Below, piece by piece: positions 1-17,084 of a stretch of 64,000 nt of DNA (within the stretch, counting starts at the first letter, position 1; each line of letters begins with the position of its first letter). This DNA comes from Eledone cirrhosa. Its lineage: Eukaryota. A program made the translations under genes and the position numbers. The notes under the pieces are model-generated. The model ran no database searches, had not been told where the DNA came from, and worked only from the letters and a program-made list of their open reading frames with translations. The stretch lies in assembly GCA_964016885.1 (NCBI GenBank), contig OZ024743.1:239382001-239446000 (forward strand), in the 5' to 3' direction.

Positions 1-750
1 GAGGAATTATCTTTGGATATGCTCCACACTGTACAAAATACCATTATATTTGTTGAGAGGAGTGAGTCTGATTTAACTTCAATTCGACATTGTGTCAAAA
101 AACGTTTAATGATGAAGGCAGATATAAATACACCTGGACATCTTATCGACTAGAAAGAGCAGCGAGACATTCGTCAAAATTGAATCAACTCAACAAATTA
201 ATAAATTTGGAGCAGCTATGTTAAGGCATCACATCATCTAATATCTATGATAATCGTGTTTCTCTTTAAATAGGCTCAATGGACATTAGTTCAGCTCATC
301 ATTAATTTAAAAGATATATTCAGAGAGGGAGAGCGAAAGGATTCGTATATCATTTGAGAAACGCAGTATTTTGTACCCATACGAAACAGTACTGTCAGGA
401 AAATCTAGCTTTTTCCATCTTAAGCATTTTTTTTTTTTCCTGAATACTATTTGTATTATATATGTGTACAATGTACTATGTGTTTCTTAAATGATGTACG
501 ACTCTAAATGTATCTTTTAAATTTGAATTATACATAAGGTAGATTAGATGAGTTGATAATACTGTATAAGTCAGACAGATATTCAAAGCTCGAATTTGAT
601 TTTATTACCCACAGCAAGATTAGCAAAAGATAGTTCAGAGTTTAATCCAATTTGTAAATGTCTGGTCATAGTATTTTTACAACGTCACTGAGGATATATG
701 AAGTGATTAAATAAATAAGCAAGGTTTAATGCATTATTTAATTGACTTAC

Positions 751-940
751 GGCGGTGGATTGGTAGTATCAGTAGAGGATCGGATGCCATGCTTTGAAGC
801 ATAGAGTTACCTCCCTGTATGATCTGAGTTCAAATCCCGCCGAGGTTAACTTTGCCTTTCATCCTTCCGAGGTCGATAGAATAAAGTACCAGTAATGCAT
901 TGGGTAATTGCTGGCCTTGTGCCAAAAGTAGAAACAATTA
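751..940 (+). mobile_element. tRNA-derived SINE, family 1
   Basis: A-box-like TTGGTAGTATCAGTAG, B-box GAGTTCAAATCC and central block GTTAACTTTGCCTTTCATCCTTCCGAGGTCGATA...AAAGTACCAG. This block recurs more than 10 times in the window. Confidence 0.85.
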
Positions 941-1124
941 TTTAATTGACTTACACATTTTTTATTCAAATACAGAAGGATGTAGCATTATATTCCTCTG
1001 TATCGAATTCATCAGAACCATTAGATAATATAAGAAAGATAGTTTTTTTACCAACCGCATGTCGAATGTCTCCGAACATGTTTGTTATCACTGCTCTTTT
1101 GAGCTTCCATATAATTTTGGTTAA

Positions 1125-1290
1125 GATGTTAACCAAGGATTACCTTGCGGTGTCCCGTAAATCAATCCCTGTGTTGAAAAAAAACAACAAGATTTACTTG
1201 AAACACTTTATTAATAGTATTAATTCATTTATCCGACGTGTACGATGGAAATTCTTTTTTCACGAAAAGAAAACTAATTATAAAGAATAC
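1125..1290 (+). pseudogene. N-terminal fragment of a Penelope-like ORF
   Basis: SRKSIPVLKKNNKIYLKHFINSINSFIRRVRWKFFF aligns by eye with SVKNIPTTSNTLYTKILIDKVERVVKRMRWKALI in ORF 52260-52796. Confidence 0.6.
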
Positions 1291-1628
1291 AACTATATGT
1301 ATATGATGCATATATATGTATGTGTGTATATGTATGTGTATATATGTATGTATATGGCAGTGCATATGTGTGCTACCATACATACATGTGAAACTGCTCT
1401 GATGAATTCGATACAGGGGAATATAATGCTAACTCCTGTATTTGACTGAATCATGAGAGAATCAATTATATAATGCACTAGCAGAATGGCTAGGCGTTTC
1501 ACGGGATTTGCTCTAGGGTTCTTATATGTTTGATATATATTTATCCTTATCGAACCTCGTGAAATGAATACGTTTGTTTATATGTTGTTATTATGTATGC
1601 AAAAATATCTATTACACGAATATATAAT

Positions 1629-1717
<89 letters not shown>

Positions 1718-1840
1718 ACAGATTAAAATAACAGACTAAAGTTTAAGCAAAGAATCGCTGCTTTCACCCTTAACGGGATCTTCTGAAACTAAAAAAATCA
1801 ATCTGTGAACGCAGAAGTGAATATTTCGAAAAACGTTACA

Positions 1841-1880
<40 letters not shown>

Positions 1881-2658
1881 TATATATACATATATACACA
1901 CACACACATATATAGCGTCATAATGTCGGAATGCAGACAGCTAGGCATACAAATAGATAGTATAAGGGCGCAATGTTATATTTATGTATCTGTCTAAAAT
2001 GAAAAACTAAGAATTATAGAGAGAGATCGCTAAATCGTCTAATGCGGTCCCTAGGGCATAGACAATTTGAAATACGTTTTGCTCAAAACACTCACAGGAC
2101 CATAAGAATTACATGTGTAAAGTTTGTAAACAATCGGTTGGGTGGTTCTCGAGTTTTAGGGAGTCAGACAGACAGACAGACAGACAGATATTCTCTGTTT
2201 TAGATATATAGATTAAACCTTGATTAGTTAGTTATTCATTATATATTAAATATTGTATATTTAATAATATACTGTATGTTTATTTTAAAATCTTTTGAAG
2301 GCATTTCGCTATGAATTTAAGTAATGACTAAAGTCACATACCTAGCTTCAAAAAAAACAAAGGGAAATAACCGACGGTCGTTTCTCACTATTCAGTAGTT
2401 ATCAAGGCTATATAACCCTTGTTTTTGCGGTGAGCTGTAGAAGGTGGATTCTTATAGAATTCTAATTATGTTTATGAGCTGTTTAAACTCATTAACATTG
2501 AGAGCGGTTGCTGGCCCAGCAACATTAAACATTTGTGTTGGCGTTCTAAAATAGCGACGTATATATGAATGTAAGTATCGTATATTTAATAATATAGTGA
2601 ATGTTTTTTCAAGAACATTTTGAAGGGCTTTCGCTAAACACACACACACACACACACA

Positions 2659-2795
<137 letters not shown>

Positions 2796-2847
2796 CGTTC
2801 TACTCTCTCAATCTCTCTCTCTCTCTCTTTTGTATATATATATATAC

Positions 2848-2931
<84 letters not shown>

Positions 2932-3399
2932 ACGTTATAAAGTCACCGTGGAATTTGAAATATAAGCTTTCTGTATGTTCTTTAATTCTTTGTATGATAG
3001 AATCCTGATTTAGAGAATATTCAGAAGATACCTGCACCTGTTTGCTACCGTCGAATCAAGAAGTATATTATAATTGCTAATTAATAATTAAATATATTAA
3101 CTTTATTTCTTAATGTGTAAAAGTACTCTGTTAGAGTTCGTTCTCTAAACTACCAGTGAGCTAGATAAACTAATATGTTTCAAGTTATAACTTTAAATCA
3201 TTTGCAAAATGTATTTTGGGAAGTTTAGAATCGTATATCAGTTTCTAAACGTTTTTCTAATGAATGTGTTGAAATTTAATAGAATCATCAATAAATCTAT
3301 TTTAAAAATGTAATATATTTTTTCTCTGACATTAGTGATGATTGTAGTGATGATTGTGGTGATGTTTATTGTTGTGTCTTTGTTATTGTTTAACTATTG

Positions 3400-3990
3400 A
3401 TAATCTGAGATCAAACAAATAAAAGGAGGTGAGTTCGTGGAATATGTGTAGAAGGAAATGATGTGAGCAGTAAAGCTTGCACGGAAAGTTCTTTGAAAAG
3501 GAAGATGGATAAGGTATTCCAGTAGTTAAAAAGACTTTAAATTTAACCACACAGGACCAATCAATTAGAAGATAAATCAGGAAGAATCTCTTTTGCATGA
3601 TGATGCTTAAATCCCCCATTGGTAAATATATAAAAACATTGAATTTGAGTACGTGTAGAAGAGCTATGTTTATAAGCGAGAAGGTATCCTTGAAACTAAC
3701 CACGTAAAATTATAATGTGATATGAAGATATAAACGGACAGGCAAATGGAACATTCTGACCCAGGTATTGTTATATTGAATAAAATGGAAGAGGTTGTTG
3801 ACCCGTTTGATACAAGAAAGAGAGACACAAATAGAATGTCAATAATCTGGAATAATCATTCCAATTATAATAGAGGCCTTAGGGACAGTGGCAAAAGTTT
3901 AAGATGTTGGATATAAAGGTGAATTTCTTGCTTCTATTGAAAGCTTGTTTGTTTGATACACTAGAAACCATAAAAAAAGTGCTGGATTGT
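3400..3990 (+). mobile_element. Heavily decayed RLE-type (R4/Dong-like) non-LTR retrotransposon 3' remnant
   Basis: Broken-frame motifs SLHGKF, TQDQSIR and PIIIEALGTV, a variant of the PVIIGALG seen at 29146-29505. Confidence 0.5.
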
Positions 3991-4921
3991 AGCATCTAAC
4001 GTTGTAATATAGGCATACAATTATGAGTGGAAATAAAATGACTATAATAATAACAATAAAAATAAATAGATAATTATTTCAATGAACCACCCTCCTTCCA
4101 AACAAAAATCTAAAAATATATAAACAATCTTAAAAGAACTGAATGAATAACGACAATGATGATAAGGTTCGCAATCACAGCATCAACGGTAGGCTGTATG
4201 AAAATAGAAATTTGGAATAATCTTAGGTAAAACAACAATGTACAGGCTAAAACAAGAGATCCTCTGTCTGGTTAATCCACCATTTAGAAATAACAACGAA
4301 TCCAACTTAAAATATCATATCGTCTTAAAAGGTGTAGCACATTCGGTTAATGTGACACTAGACCCCCCCCCCCCCCCCCAATAAAAGTGTCTGACTTAAG
4401 TAGAGTTAAGGTAGGCTAATGGGGACAGAATTGACAAAATATATGGAGGGTGCGAAGTGGCATAAAATATATTCGATATACTATAATAAATAATAGAACA
4501 GAGCATAAAAGAGGGGGGGGGTTAATATAATCATATTCAATCTAGAGGGGTTGACAATAAGTTTATGCAGTGCATGGGGGGGGGAGAAGGGGGAGGGGGG
4601 TTTCGATAGATAAATCAGAATAGACTTAGAAATAAAAATAGAATTAAAAATAGAATTAAAAATAAAAATAAAAATAAAAATAAAAATAAAAATGATGTTA
4701 AAATTAAAAATTAAAGTTAATGATAATAAAAGAATATATAAAGATAGTAACGTGTGTAATCTTATGTATACTAACAAGGTGTAATAGTGAGGACATAGAT
4801 ATGGTACAGTGGCCAAATGATTATGAGAGCTAGAATGAAGAGTCATCAAAAACCAATGATAACAATAGTGCTGGCAAACAAAAGAACCCAAACAAAAAAA
4901 CTAAGTAATGGAATATATCTG

Positions 4922-6850
4922 CTAATGGGTACGATTTGTACTACTAGAACATTTGGGTTTATAATAAAAGTAAGAATTAGAAATTGCATGGGGGCAAGAA
5001 GAGAATATCTCAGACTTTCTATTCAGTAAGGGTACGCTAGAGAAAATAATAGAGTGTGTCTCAAGTATACAGAGATTACAAAACTTACTATGTGCAGAAA
5101 GGTGGTTAGATCGTGCTACTAAACTCCAGTTAAGGCTATATGGTATAAAAGCTCCCTTAAGATCCCAGATATAATGCGCTAGAGAGGTAGAATTCTTAAA
5201 CCTAACATGTTTGAAGTTAGAGATATGAGAGTTAAACCTAATCTTAAAAGTGTTTGAAGTAGATCCTATATATGTTCCTTTAGAGGAATTAGTTATAACC
5301 TCGCAAGCATAGACAATGTTCTTAGAAAGGCAGTTACCGTTTAGAGGGCAGTTAGCACTCACTCTACAATTGCACTTCCGGGTGTTATTGGTTGGCTCGA
5401 GTGGTGATGTATTGCGCGTAGGACCTCTATTAGATAGGGACTGTTCTGGTGGTAAAGCATTGTCCGATGCATTCAGACTATCAGTATATAGAGAGGAGAA
5501 TCCATCCCTAATTTTCCTATTATTAGTGCTAGCTAAATGAGAACTAATATTAGGGGTGGTAGAGAATGATAGTTTAATAACATTTTTATTAAAAATACCA
5601 TGGTATTTGTGAGAAGGGGGGAAATTTTTCTCCAGGATAGTGAAGAAAGACCTAGGGATATTAGTTGATACATCCTGGTTATATGGCGGGTTGAAATAAG
5701 TATTCAATCGCCTTCTATTTTTATTTTTATTCTTATCGACCCTACCTCTATCAAAAGTCCCACCGTCGAGACTAGGGTTACTATCGGGAATAGTTGAAGC
5801 CGCATTCATAGAATCAGCCATAATATCATTATGCCTATTATAGTTTCTACCTCTAGTAGATTCGCTGTTGTCCAGAATCCCTACAAGAGGATTAAGGCCA
5901 ATGATAGGATCAGTAGGGGCAACATTACTAGAACTAGATCCAGCCAAACCAACACCAATGCGTGAGCGCACAGGGGGCTCGACTTGTCTCTTAGAGGTAT
6001 TATATTTGTTATTACGAGTCCGGTGGGATAACTTATGGGTGGGTTCAGATACTCCTATATAAGTTCTACGGTTACTAAGTTTGCTACTCACATTCATAGC
6101 CTTGTTATGTGATATAATGTTATTATTATTAAGAGTAAGCGGAGACTTTCTAAAGTTACTATTATTATAATTTATTTTACTAGAGTGACCTGAATTTGCT
6201 AGGGCATTATTGTAGTACTCCGCATGTTCATTAAAAGTTCCTATGTCCTTAGATAGTGTGGAAATCCTATTAGAAACGCCCTTAATTATAGAGTTTATCA
6301 TAGACTTAGGGTGGTTAGAATTGGGGCTAACATAAGAAAGAATTTCGTTAGGCTTATGTAAGGGTTTAAAACTATTAGTGGCCAAGTCCAAAGTCACATC
6401 TAAAAAGTTAACCGCTCTATCATTTCTATCTATCGTGATTGAAAGGTTGTAGTTATTAAAAAACTTATAAAGCTTCTTCTTATTACGTTCTACATTGTTG
6501 GTACTAGAGTTAATTATAAACAATGCATCATCACGATATAGTCCGCCTACAAGGTGCGGGAAGGTAGCGTATAGTTCATTAAGGAGGAACAACCCAACAA
6601 GATCAGTAACCTGGGCCGAATCGCTCGAACCCATTGTAACGTCGAAATTATTGGGCGTGTTTTTACGGGTCCAAAAAGTGTCCTCAAATTTAATAATAGT
6701 TTTACCGGCTGCTAGTATAATATCTACCTGCGATCGTGTAAGGCTGGACACTCTCATGGCCAACATTAAGGCTTTATTGAGGAGGATGGGTGAAATTGAA
6801 ACATTGTCGGCTAATAAAAACTTTTGATGTATTAAAGGATTCTTTGTTTT
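4922..6850 (-). mobile_element. 5'-truncated Penelope-like element; open RT-linker-GIY-YIG ORF (4922-6766, 614 aa)
   Basis: RT motifs MGSSDSAQVTDLVG, GLYRDD and NFLDVTL; C-x-C-x5-CPL-x3-C; GIY-YIG NIVYACEV...GTYIGSTSNTFKIRF; CNLCILE. The 5' end abuts (TA)n. Confidence 0.92.
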
Positions 6851-6856
6851 ACTCTC

Positions 6857-9385
<2,529 letters not shown>

Positions 9386-9509
9386 CTACCTGGAGTTGCG
9401 ACCGATAGATAGTACTAGCAACTGGATATAGATAGATAGATAGATAGATATTATATATATTATTCAGAATAATAATAAATGAAGACGATCACATAATCAA
9501 AATATATAT

Positions 9510-9571
9510 TTTATTATATATATTTCGAAGGTACTGCGCTGTTTTTTTTCAGTACGTCCTCGTCAGATAAA
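9510..9571 (-). ncRNA. Type I hammerhead ribozyme (family B)
   Basis: Minus strand: TTTAT-CTGACGA-GGACGTACTG(13 nt)CAGTACCTTC-GAAA-TATATA-TA^ATAAA. Confidence 0.7.
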
Positions 9572-11219
9572 GTACATGAATTGATGTATGACATGCCTCA
9601 ACTGTCTTGATTGTTCGATTCCAGTATTGGCAGTGATTTATTACAACAAATCTCAACAATTATATACCACAAATAATCACATGATACACTTAAGTTTAAA
9701 AAGAAGAGGATGTGGAGCGAGATATGGATATATGGAGAGGGTGAATATGGGGAAATGCAAAAAGAAAATAAATAAACACATTAGATACATAAATATTTAA
9801 ATGAGTAAATAGAAGTATTAGGGAATAAATATATAAAAAGAAAGAGGGAGAGAGAGAAGAGAGAATAAGAAAGAAGAAATAACGACAAAAAAGAAAGAAA
9901 AGAAGAAAGAAATGATGTGAATATGTATAGAGACCGTTGTTTTCAAATATTAAGTCAAATTGAGGCAACCAATTAGATAACATGAATTTTTAATATCTTT
10001 TGTATTTTGGTTATGTTTAAGCTAATTATACTTATATATTATATCAAAATTAAACAATAAAAAAAGGAAAAACTTTCTTCTATAGCCATCAGAAACATAG
10101 TTTAATTAAATAGTACATTCATTAAATATTTTGTTATAATATTTTAAAATATTTTAATCTTTAAAGCATATTTAAATAGTTATTAAATATGTATAAAGAT
10201 ATCTATTAAAACATATGCATATATCACTTTAGTGAGCTGCTAGACCCAGGGTTATTTACTTGAGTAAATGTCACCGGAATCTAACTACTAAATTTTATAA
10301 AGAAAAGGATAAGATATTTTTTACATAACACCATGTCGAATGAGAGTTAATTCCCATTACAAAGGTAATGATAAAACGCAAGCAGTTTCTCGGAACGAGT
10401 ATCAAATATAAGTCTTCATTTTATTGTAGCTCTATTTTATAATTGTGGTTAATAAATATTCTCGTACTAATTAGGTATAGTCCAGATCCATGATAGGTGG
10501 TTAGAGAAAAGTTAACATGCTTGTCTTCAGTGTTGTCAATTCGAAGGAAGGCGCCAAAAGAGAGAGAGCTTGATTGCGTAGCGGCTATTTATATCCTCTT
10601 TCCGAAAGTTACAAAGAGGGTTCTAGACTTTCGACGGGAAGTAACTCTAGCTACTTTCCTTGTCTGGAGAGGACTACATCACCATCAGTATATATATTAA
10701 ATATTATATTAAGATCATTTATTATCTGAATTATTCTATTTTCTTTATAAAATCATTTCAATTGATTGATTGTCATTTCATTACAGGATTAATTTGTAGT
10801 TATATTTAATCTCAAAAGTTTTATTATTTCTAATGTACTTCAATAATTACTTAATATATATATAGTTTCCCTTTAAGGATTACCATATATTATTAGACTG
10901 ATATAAATCATGTTAAATATACTTTAGCAAGCTATTCGGACAGAACAAAATTATTTACGAAGAATGTAAACAAAGGAAGATAACTCGTTCATCCTATGTG
11001 AACATTTAAAACATTTAAGTATTTTGAAAAACAAAAAAGTTATTTCAAAACGCAAATCAAGAAATTTCTAGTTAAACAATGACCTTTCTAAATGCAAACA
11101 TAAGATACTGAGACATATCATGAGATTAATTTACTAGATAAAAGCGGCAAACAATTTTTACCGGTAAGGAAAACGTTATATATATAATTTTTTAAGAATT
11201 ATTAATAGACAATATTTTT

Positions 11220-12705
11220 TCGAAATTTGTATAATGTGTGAAACGTTCTTCCAGACTTATGTTGACAGCTACTAAATAATTCATTTTTCTTATTAATTAA
11301 ATTACCATAATTTGTAATTATTAATAGAGTCTCTAAATTGCAAAGATTGCAATTTGGTAAAATGGATGCACTCCGGTAAGAATCAGAAATGTTTAACTTA
11401 CTCCAAGAAATTGACTATTTGATATTTTTTCTTTCAAATACCATATTAATTGTGAGAGTGATATAGACAATGTTTTCTCTGGATTAGAAAAATAATGTTT
11501 ATGATTGTAAAAATGTAACTTAAACTTAGATGAAGTGGCACCAATGTAGTTATATGTATTATTATTATTAGTTTTAATGGTACATTTATACACTAGATAC
11601 TTGTCTAGGCAGTTATTTTGTAAAGGGCATTCGGATTTCCTTCTATAGTTACAATTCATTTCGATTTTATTGCTATTCGTATTATTACTATTATTTAGAG
11701 GTGTTCTACTATTATTCGTATGTAAACTATTATTATTGTTATTCCAATTAACTAATGTGTTATTATTATTATGGGCAGTGGATTGGCAGTATCGGTAGAG
11801 GGTCGGACGCCTTGCTTTGCAACAAAGAGTTACGGCCCTTTTGAGCTGAGTTCAAATCCTGCCGAGGTTAACTTTGCCTTTCATCCTTACGGGGTCGATA
11901 AATAAAGTACCAGCCACGCACTGGGGCCGATTTAATCGACTTTCCCGTCCCCCAAAATAAGAAACCATTATTATTGTTATTATCGCTAATTATATGTTGG
12001 TTCAAATTAAAATTTTTACTATTTATTTTTGCTATATTTTGAGCAATATTCATAGTTGTTGAATAAGAGAGTTTAACTGTGTGTCTATTGAAGATAGAAT
12101 AATACTTATGTGATCGAGGGAAACATTTATCCAAGGCTTTCAAAAATGAATGTGCGAAAGGTGTTTTAATAGCTCAAGATACTGGCGGAGCATACCAAAT
12201 TATAGATTTAGTCCTTACTTTTCCCCCCAATTTATTCCTGGAGTTGTTGTTTTTCGAGTCAATTCTGTTATTATTATTATTATGAATACTGTGATTAAAA
12301 TTAATATTATTTTTTTCTACATACTCAATATTATTTTTATATCCTGCTTTATGTAACGCTTCATTATAATATACAGCTTTACTATTAAATATGGATCTAT
12401 TAGCGGATACTCTGGATATTCGTTGTTGGACACTGTTGACTATTGCATTTTTAACACTTTTAGGATGATTAGAGTAAAAACTAATATAATTTAAGTTTTC
12501 ATTGAATTTATGGAAGGGGTAATAGAGGCCTGAGTTCAAATTAAAAGTTACATCTAAAATATAACTATTTTATTGTTATTTTCTACTTCTAATTTCAGGT
12601 CATAATTTTTAAAGAATTCTATAATTATTTTCTTTACTCTATTTAATTCGCTATTATTATGTCTATCTACAGTAAATAATATGTCGTCTCTATATAAACC
12701 ACCTA
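11220..12705 (-). mobile_element. Degraded Penelope-like element (RT and GIY-YIG fragments)
   Basis: GLYRDD at about 12680-12700; ORFs 12174-12539 (SNHPKSV), 11868-12143 (FPRSHKYYSIFN) and 11393-11659 (CPLQNNC, LVYKC, YIGATS). Interrupted by a SINE. Confidence 0.85.
11774..11966 (+). mobile_element. SINE family 1 inserted in the PLE
   Basis: Same A/B boxes and central block as 751-940, set in an (ATT)n context. Confidence 0.85.
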
Positions 12706-12709
12706 TATA

Positions 12710-12832
12710 TATATGAAGAACTCGGGACCCCGACAGCTGAGTTCCTGCGGTTCAACAGCTAGATCCAAATATTTAGGATCTAGCTGTTTTAACGGCAGGA
12801 GTTCAGCCGTGGGGTGCCGAATTTTTCATATA
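12710..12832. mobile_element. Palindromic MITE-like hairpin element of about 120 bp
   Basis: TATGAAGAACTCGGGACCCC...GGGGTGCCGAATTTTTCATA is a near-complete self-complement in a TA context; related copy at 25576-25692. Confidence 0.7.
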
Positions 12833-13634
12833 TATATACATATCAAATTTAATATAGAACTAGAACTGTTTCATTCGAAATAAATCATGGTATGTTTAGC
12901 ATTAACTTTCTTAGTTGTTGTTCTTGGTGGTGGCATTACTGGTGGTAGCTGTGCGGGTGGGAATCATGTTGTTGTTCATATTACGGATGATGATGTGGGT
13001 GGTAGTGGTCGTGTTCGTAGTGCTGGTGGTATTGCGGGTGATTTTAATGGCGGTTATAATGATGATGGTGATGATGATGATGATGATTATGGTTAGTGAT
13101 GCGGGGTGGGATGAGGGTGATTTTTTTCGTTTGCGATTACATGTGGTTGGTCCTTTCATTGACTGGTAAAAGATGAAGAGAGGGGAATAGTTGTAGGAAG
13201 AGACAGAGGAGGTGAAGAAAGAGGTGATTAAATAAGAAAGTAGGAGATGAAAAGAATATAGGCGGTAGTGATAAGCAAGGATATCAGGAAAAAAGGAAAA
13301 AAATAAAACAAAAATTAATTAAACATGGGAAGAAAAATGATATCTTCTAAATACAAAGTTAGCAAAAACAAGTAGAAAGACGGAGAGAGATCGTGAGGGT
13401 GAGAGTGATAGAGTATGAGAGACGGAGAAAGAGTAAGAGGTTGTGAGAGAGTGGGAGTGTGTGAAAGGGAGATAGTGTGATTGATAGCTAGAAGGAGATG
13501 GAGAGAGTGAGAAAATGTATGAGAGTGATAGTGAGAGAGGGTGAGAGGGAGTGTGTATGTGTGTGTGTCTATGTGCATGTGTGTGAAAGAAAGGGGTAAA
13601 GAGAGAGAAAAAGTGAAAGAGAGAGAGAGAGTGA

Positions 13635-13762
<128 letters not shown>

Positions 13763-13956
13763 GGAGAGTGTGTGTTTGTATTTGTGGAAATGATAAATGG
13801 AAAGAAAGAGAAAGAAAGAGAAAGAAAGTGAATGAAAGAAACATAGAAAGAAAGAGAGAGGATTTATACCTCTCCACGGAAATGAATTAAGAGAGTGTGA
13901 GAAAAACTGAAAGAACAGAGGGAAAAAGAGAGGGGAGTGAGAGGGAGGGGAGAGAG

Positions 13957-14013
<57 letters not shown>

Positions 14014-14028
14014 GAGAAGGAGAAAGAA

Positions 14029-14081
<53 letters not shown>

Positions 14082-14340
14082 AATGAAAGAAGTTGTAATA
14101 AACCAACGGAATATTGATGAGCAAAGTAATAAGACATTTAATACGCTAGAAGGTGGAGACCACTATCAACATCGTCACCACCATCATCATCATCATCAAC
14201 TTCATCATCATATTGATCATTACCATAATCATTATCGTTATCATCATCATTACCACCATTATCGTCATTATCGTCATCATTATCATCAACATCTTAGTCG
14301 ATGTTTTCGGTGTTGCTGTTATTAGTAAGGGAGGTAAGAA

Positions 14341-14552
14341 CGGCAGATTGGCAGTACCAGTAGGGCATCGGACAACATGCTTTGTGGGATATAGTTATGG
14401 CCATTTACGATCCGAGTTCAAATCCCGTCGTTGTTTTCTTTGCCTTTCATTTTTGGAGGTCGATAAATAAAGTACCAGTAACGCACTGGAGTCATTTGAA
14501 TCGACTTTCCTTACCCTTCAAATTACTGTTCTTATGCTAAATGTAGAAACAA
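14341..14552 (+). mobile_element. SINE family 1 (diverged)
   Basis: GAGTTCAAATCCC...TTGCCTTTCAT...GAGGTCGATAAATAAAGTACCAG. Confidence 0.75.
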
Positions 14553-14599
14553 TAATTATTATCATTGTTATTAATTTTATTGCGTGCTGTTACTACATT

Positions 14600-15452
14600 T
14601 CCGAGCACAGCTTTGTGTTTCTTGGTCATGCGCAGAGTTGCTTTTGGTGTTGTTATTTCTATTCCATTGATAGTAATCTTCGCAATATATGTGCTGTGCC
14701 TAACAGGGCTATTTTCGGTATGTTATATATATTTGTAAGTGCTGATACATATTAGTACAGGGATTGTCTGTGGGAATATTTAATTTCTTCACTTCCGTGA
14801 TATATATTTTCTTCTGTACATCACTTGGATTTGAGGTCTTTGACTATATTTTGTGGTCGCATGGCTTTAATCTCCTTGCCTTTGGGCATTGGCATGTCCC
14901 AATGTATGGTTGCTTTGTCACTCTCTGACATCCTTTCTTATGTACGTTTCTACCACGTTTTTCCGTTGGTATTTCGCCGTTTTGGCATTCAACTGTATCT
15001 AAATACCAAATCTATTATATTTGGGGTTATATTATTTTCTTCGTTAGCCTGGACAGTCAAAGATAATGTGATTAATTCATTGTTCTCCAGCCATTATTTG
15101 CAGTTACTTTCTGAGTTCTGCTTCATGTAGTTTTGGTAGTTTCTGCATTGAAATTAGAAATCCTTAAGTCTCGGCTTTTATTCCGTTGCTTCATATTCAA
15201 ATTTTTGGGTATTGCCACCGTAGGTGTTTTTCTTGCCATCCTTTCAGCATAGCATTTTGGAGATGTACTTTCAATTCAGATCTTATCTCTTTCACCATTT
15301 CTGTTGCTATTCCTTCTGTGTTTTCGCTCTCCTCATAATTATCTGTCAATCCGGCTTCTATTTCGAATGTGTTGGCTTCCTTGAAAATAGAAAGCAATTT
15401 TTGTACTTTTTCCTTTTTCATGGCTATTTGTATTAACTTTCCATCATTTTTC
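14600..15452 (-). mobile_element. Decayed RLE-type (R4/Dong-like) LINE 3' remnant
   Basis: Minus-strand C-terminus ALLGTAHILRRLLSM at about 14665-14710 and a WQEKHL motif in ORF 15197-15496. Confidence 0.65.
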
Positions 15453-15454
15453 AT

Positions 15455-15633
15455 TGGCAGTATCAATAGATGGTCGGACGCCATGTTTTGCAGCAAAGAG
15501 TTACGACCCTTTATGGTCTGAGTTCAAATCCCGCCGAGGTTAACTTTGCCTTTCATCCTTACGAGGTCGATAAAATAAAGCACCAGTAATACACTGGAAT
15601 AATTGCTGGCCTTGTGCCAAAAGTAGAAACAAT
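15455..15633 (+). mobile_element. SINE family 1
   Basis: Near-identical to 751-940. Confidence 0.85.
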
Positions 15634-15677
15634 TATTTTTTATTAGTTATTTTCATAGTTCTAGTTGCATATGTCAT

Positions 15678-15718
<41 letters not shown>

Positions 15719-15904
15719 TTAATGTTTTTTTGTTTTTTTTTACTAACGATTCATAATCTTGGTAAAATTTGTGTGGGTCGCTGGTTACTATTTGTAAATT
15801 TAGTTATCCACATGGTTTCAATAAACCATCGTGGTCAAAACACGCGTGATCATTTTCTCGGTTCCCATGACACAAACACTCTGTAGAAAAGATTTATCTA
15901 AGTA

Positions 15905-16889
15905 CTAGCAGTAAAGCCCGGCGTTGCTCGGGGTCGCTCAGTAGCTGTGTTAAAGTTACAATGTTAAGTTACTTTTTTGGCTTAAAAACTGTAGTGTCTA
16001 CTGTGCAGACTTGCATGTGGTGTTTTTGATTAATATTCCCTCAACCAACAAAATGCCTTATGAAGTTAAGAAAACATAACGATAACCCGAATGTTATAAC
16101 AAAAGAGGATGCTGGGGATAGAAACTGCACTGGTTATTTATTAACAAAGATCGAAAATGTAAACACTGCAACGCAGAGAAAAACATTAGCGTAACCAAAT
16201 TATCAGTTATGTCTGTCTGCACGCCTATATCACCTCTCTGCACGACTGTCTGTCTGCACGCCTATATCACCTCTCTGCACGACTGTCTGTCTGCACGCCT
16301 ATATCACATCTCTGCACGACTGTCTGTCTGCACGCCTATATCACCTCTCTGCACGACTATCTGCCTGCACGCGTATATCACCTCTCTGCACGACTGTCTG
16401 TCTGCACGACTGTCTGTCTGCACGCCTAACGACGAAATATTTGCTTGTTTTACGTAGTCTTTAAATAGACTTGTTTTCAAGTAAAAATATTGTTTTAAAA
16501 TGCTTTTAAATGGAAATGAAGCAAAACGGAAGCTTAGTGTTCGAACTGATGAATTTTGCAGGTCAATATTTTGCTGGCTCGACAACTGTTCGTGTATTGT
16601 GTTAATGTCATTTTAAACGCTGAGAAAGCCAGCGTAATTTTTTACGTAAGACGCTCAATGTAAACAGAACAAAGGGAAATAACTGATAACTTACGCTCAA
16701 AAATCGATACATTATATTCGATTTCGTCACATAGGGTGGGTCAATTTGAAATATTGTTTTTCCGATGTCTTGGCTAGGGCTCAATGTACAAGTATAGCAA
16801 TTTCGGTGCAATTCCGTGAGAGATTCTAAGAGGAGATGTGTGCCAAAAATCGATAGACAGACAGACAACCACAGTTTTATATATATAGA
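15905..16889 (-). mobile_element. Non-autonomous Helitron with an internal 35-bp minisatellite (16210-16428)
   Basis: Minus strand reads A|TCTATATATATAAAAC...CCCGAGCAACGCCGGG (hairpin)...CTAG|T. This is the canonical 5'-TC, subterminal hairpin, 3'-CTAG and A|T insertion site. Confidence 0.8.
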
Positions 16890-17084
16890 TAAGTTTTAAC
16901 AAATTATTAGCTATTTTGACTTCAGTAATATGAAACTCGGTTATAACTAATACAGATAGCAATGGAGATAAACTAACATCTCGGAATACAAAATTATGAT
17001 CAACTTTCAATGCTAGAAAATTTCTTTAAATTCATTGACCAATTTCTCCATATATTCTCCATTTATTCTGCTTGTGCGACTGTG

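Noticed and set aside
751-940. tRNA genes
   Set aside because: A/B boxes are followed by a SINE body, no cloverleaf is evident, and there are many diverged copies.
1745-1790. HHR-like motif on the minus strand (CAGAAGA-TCCC..GGGT-GAAA; related copy at about 54040-54078)
   Set aside because: The core reads CAGA instead of CUGA in both copies and there is no stem I or III.
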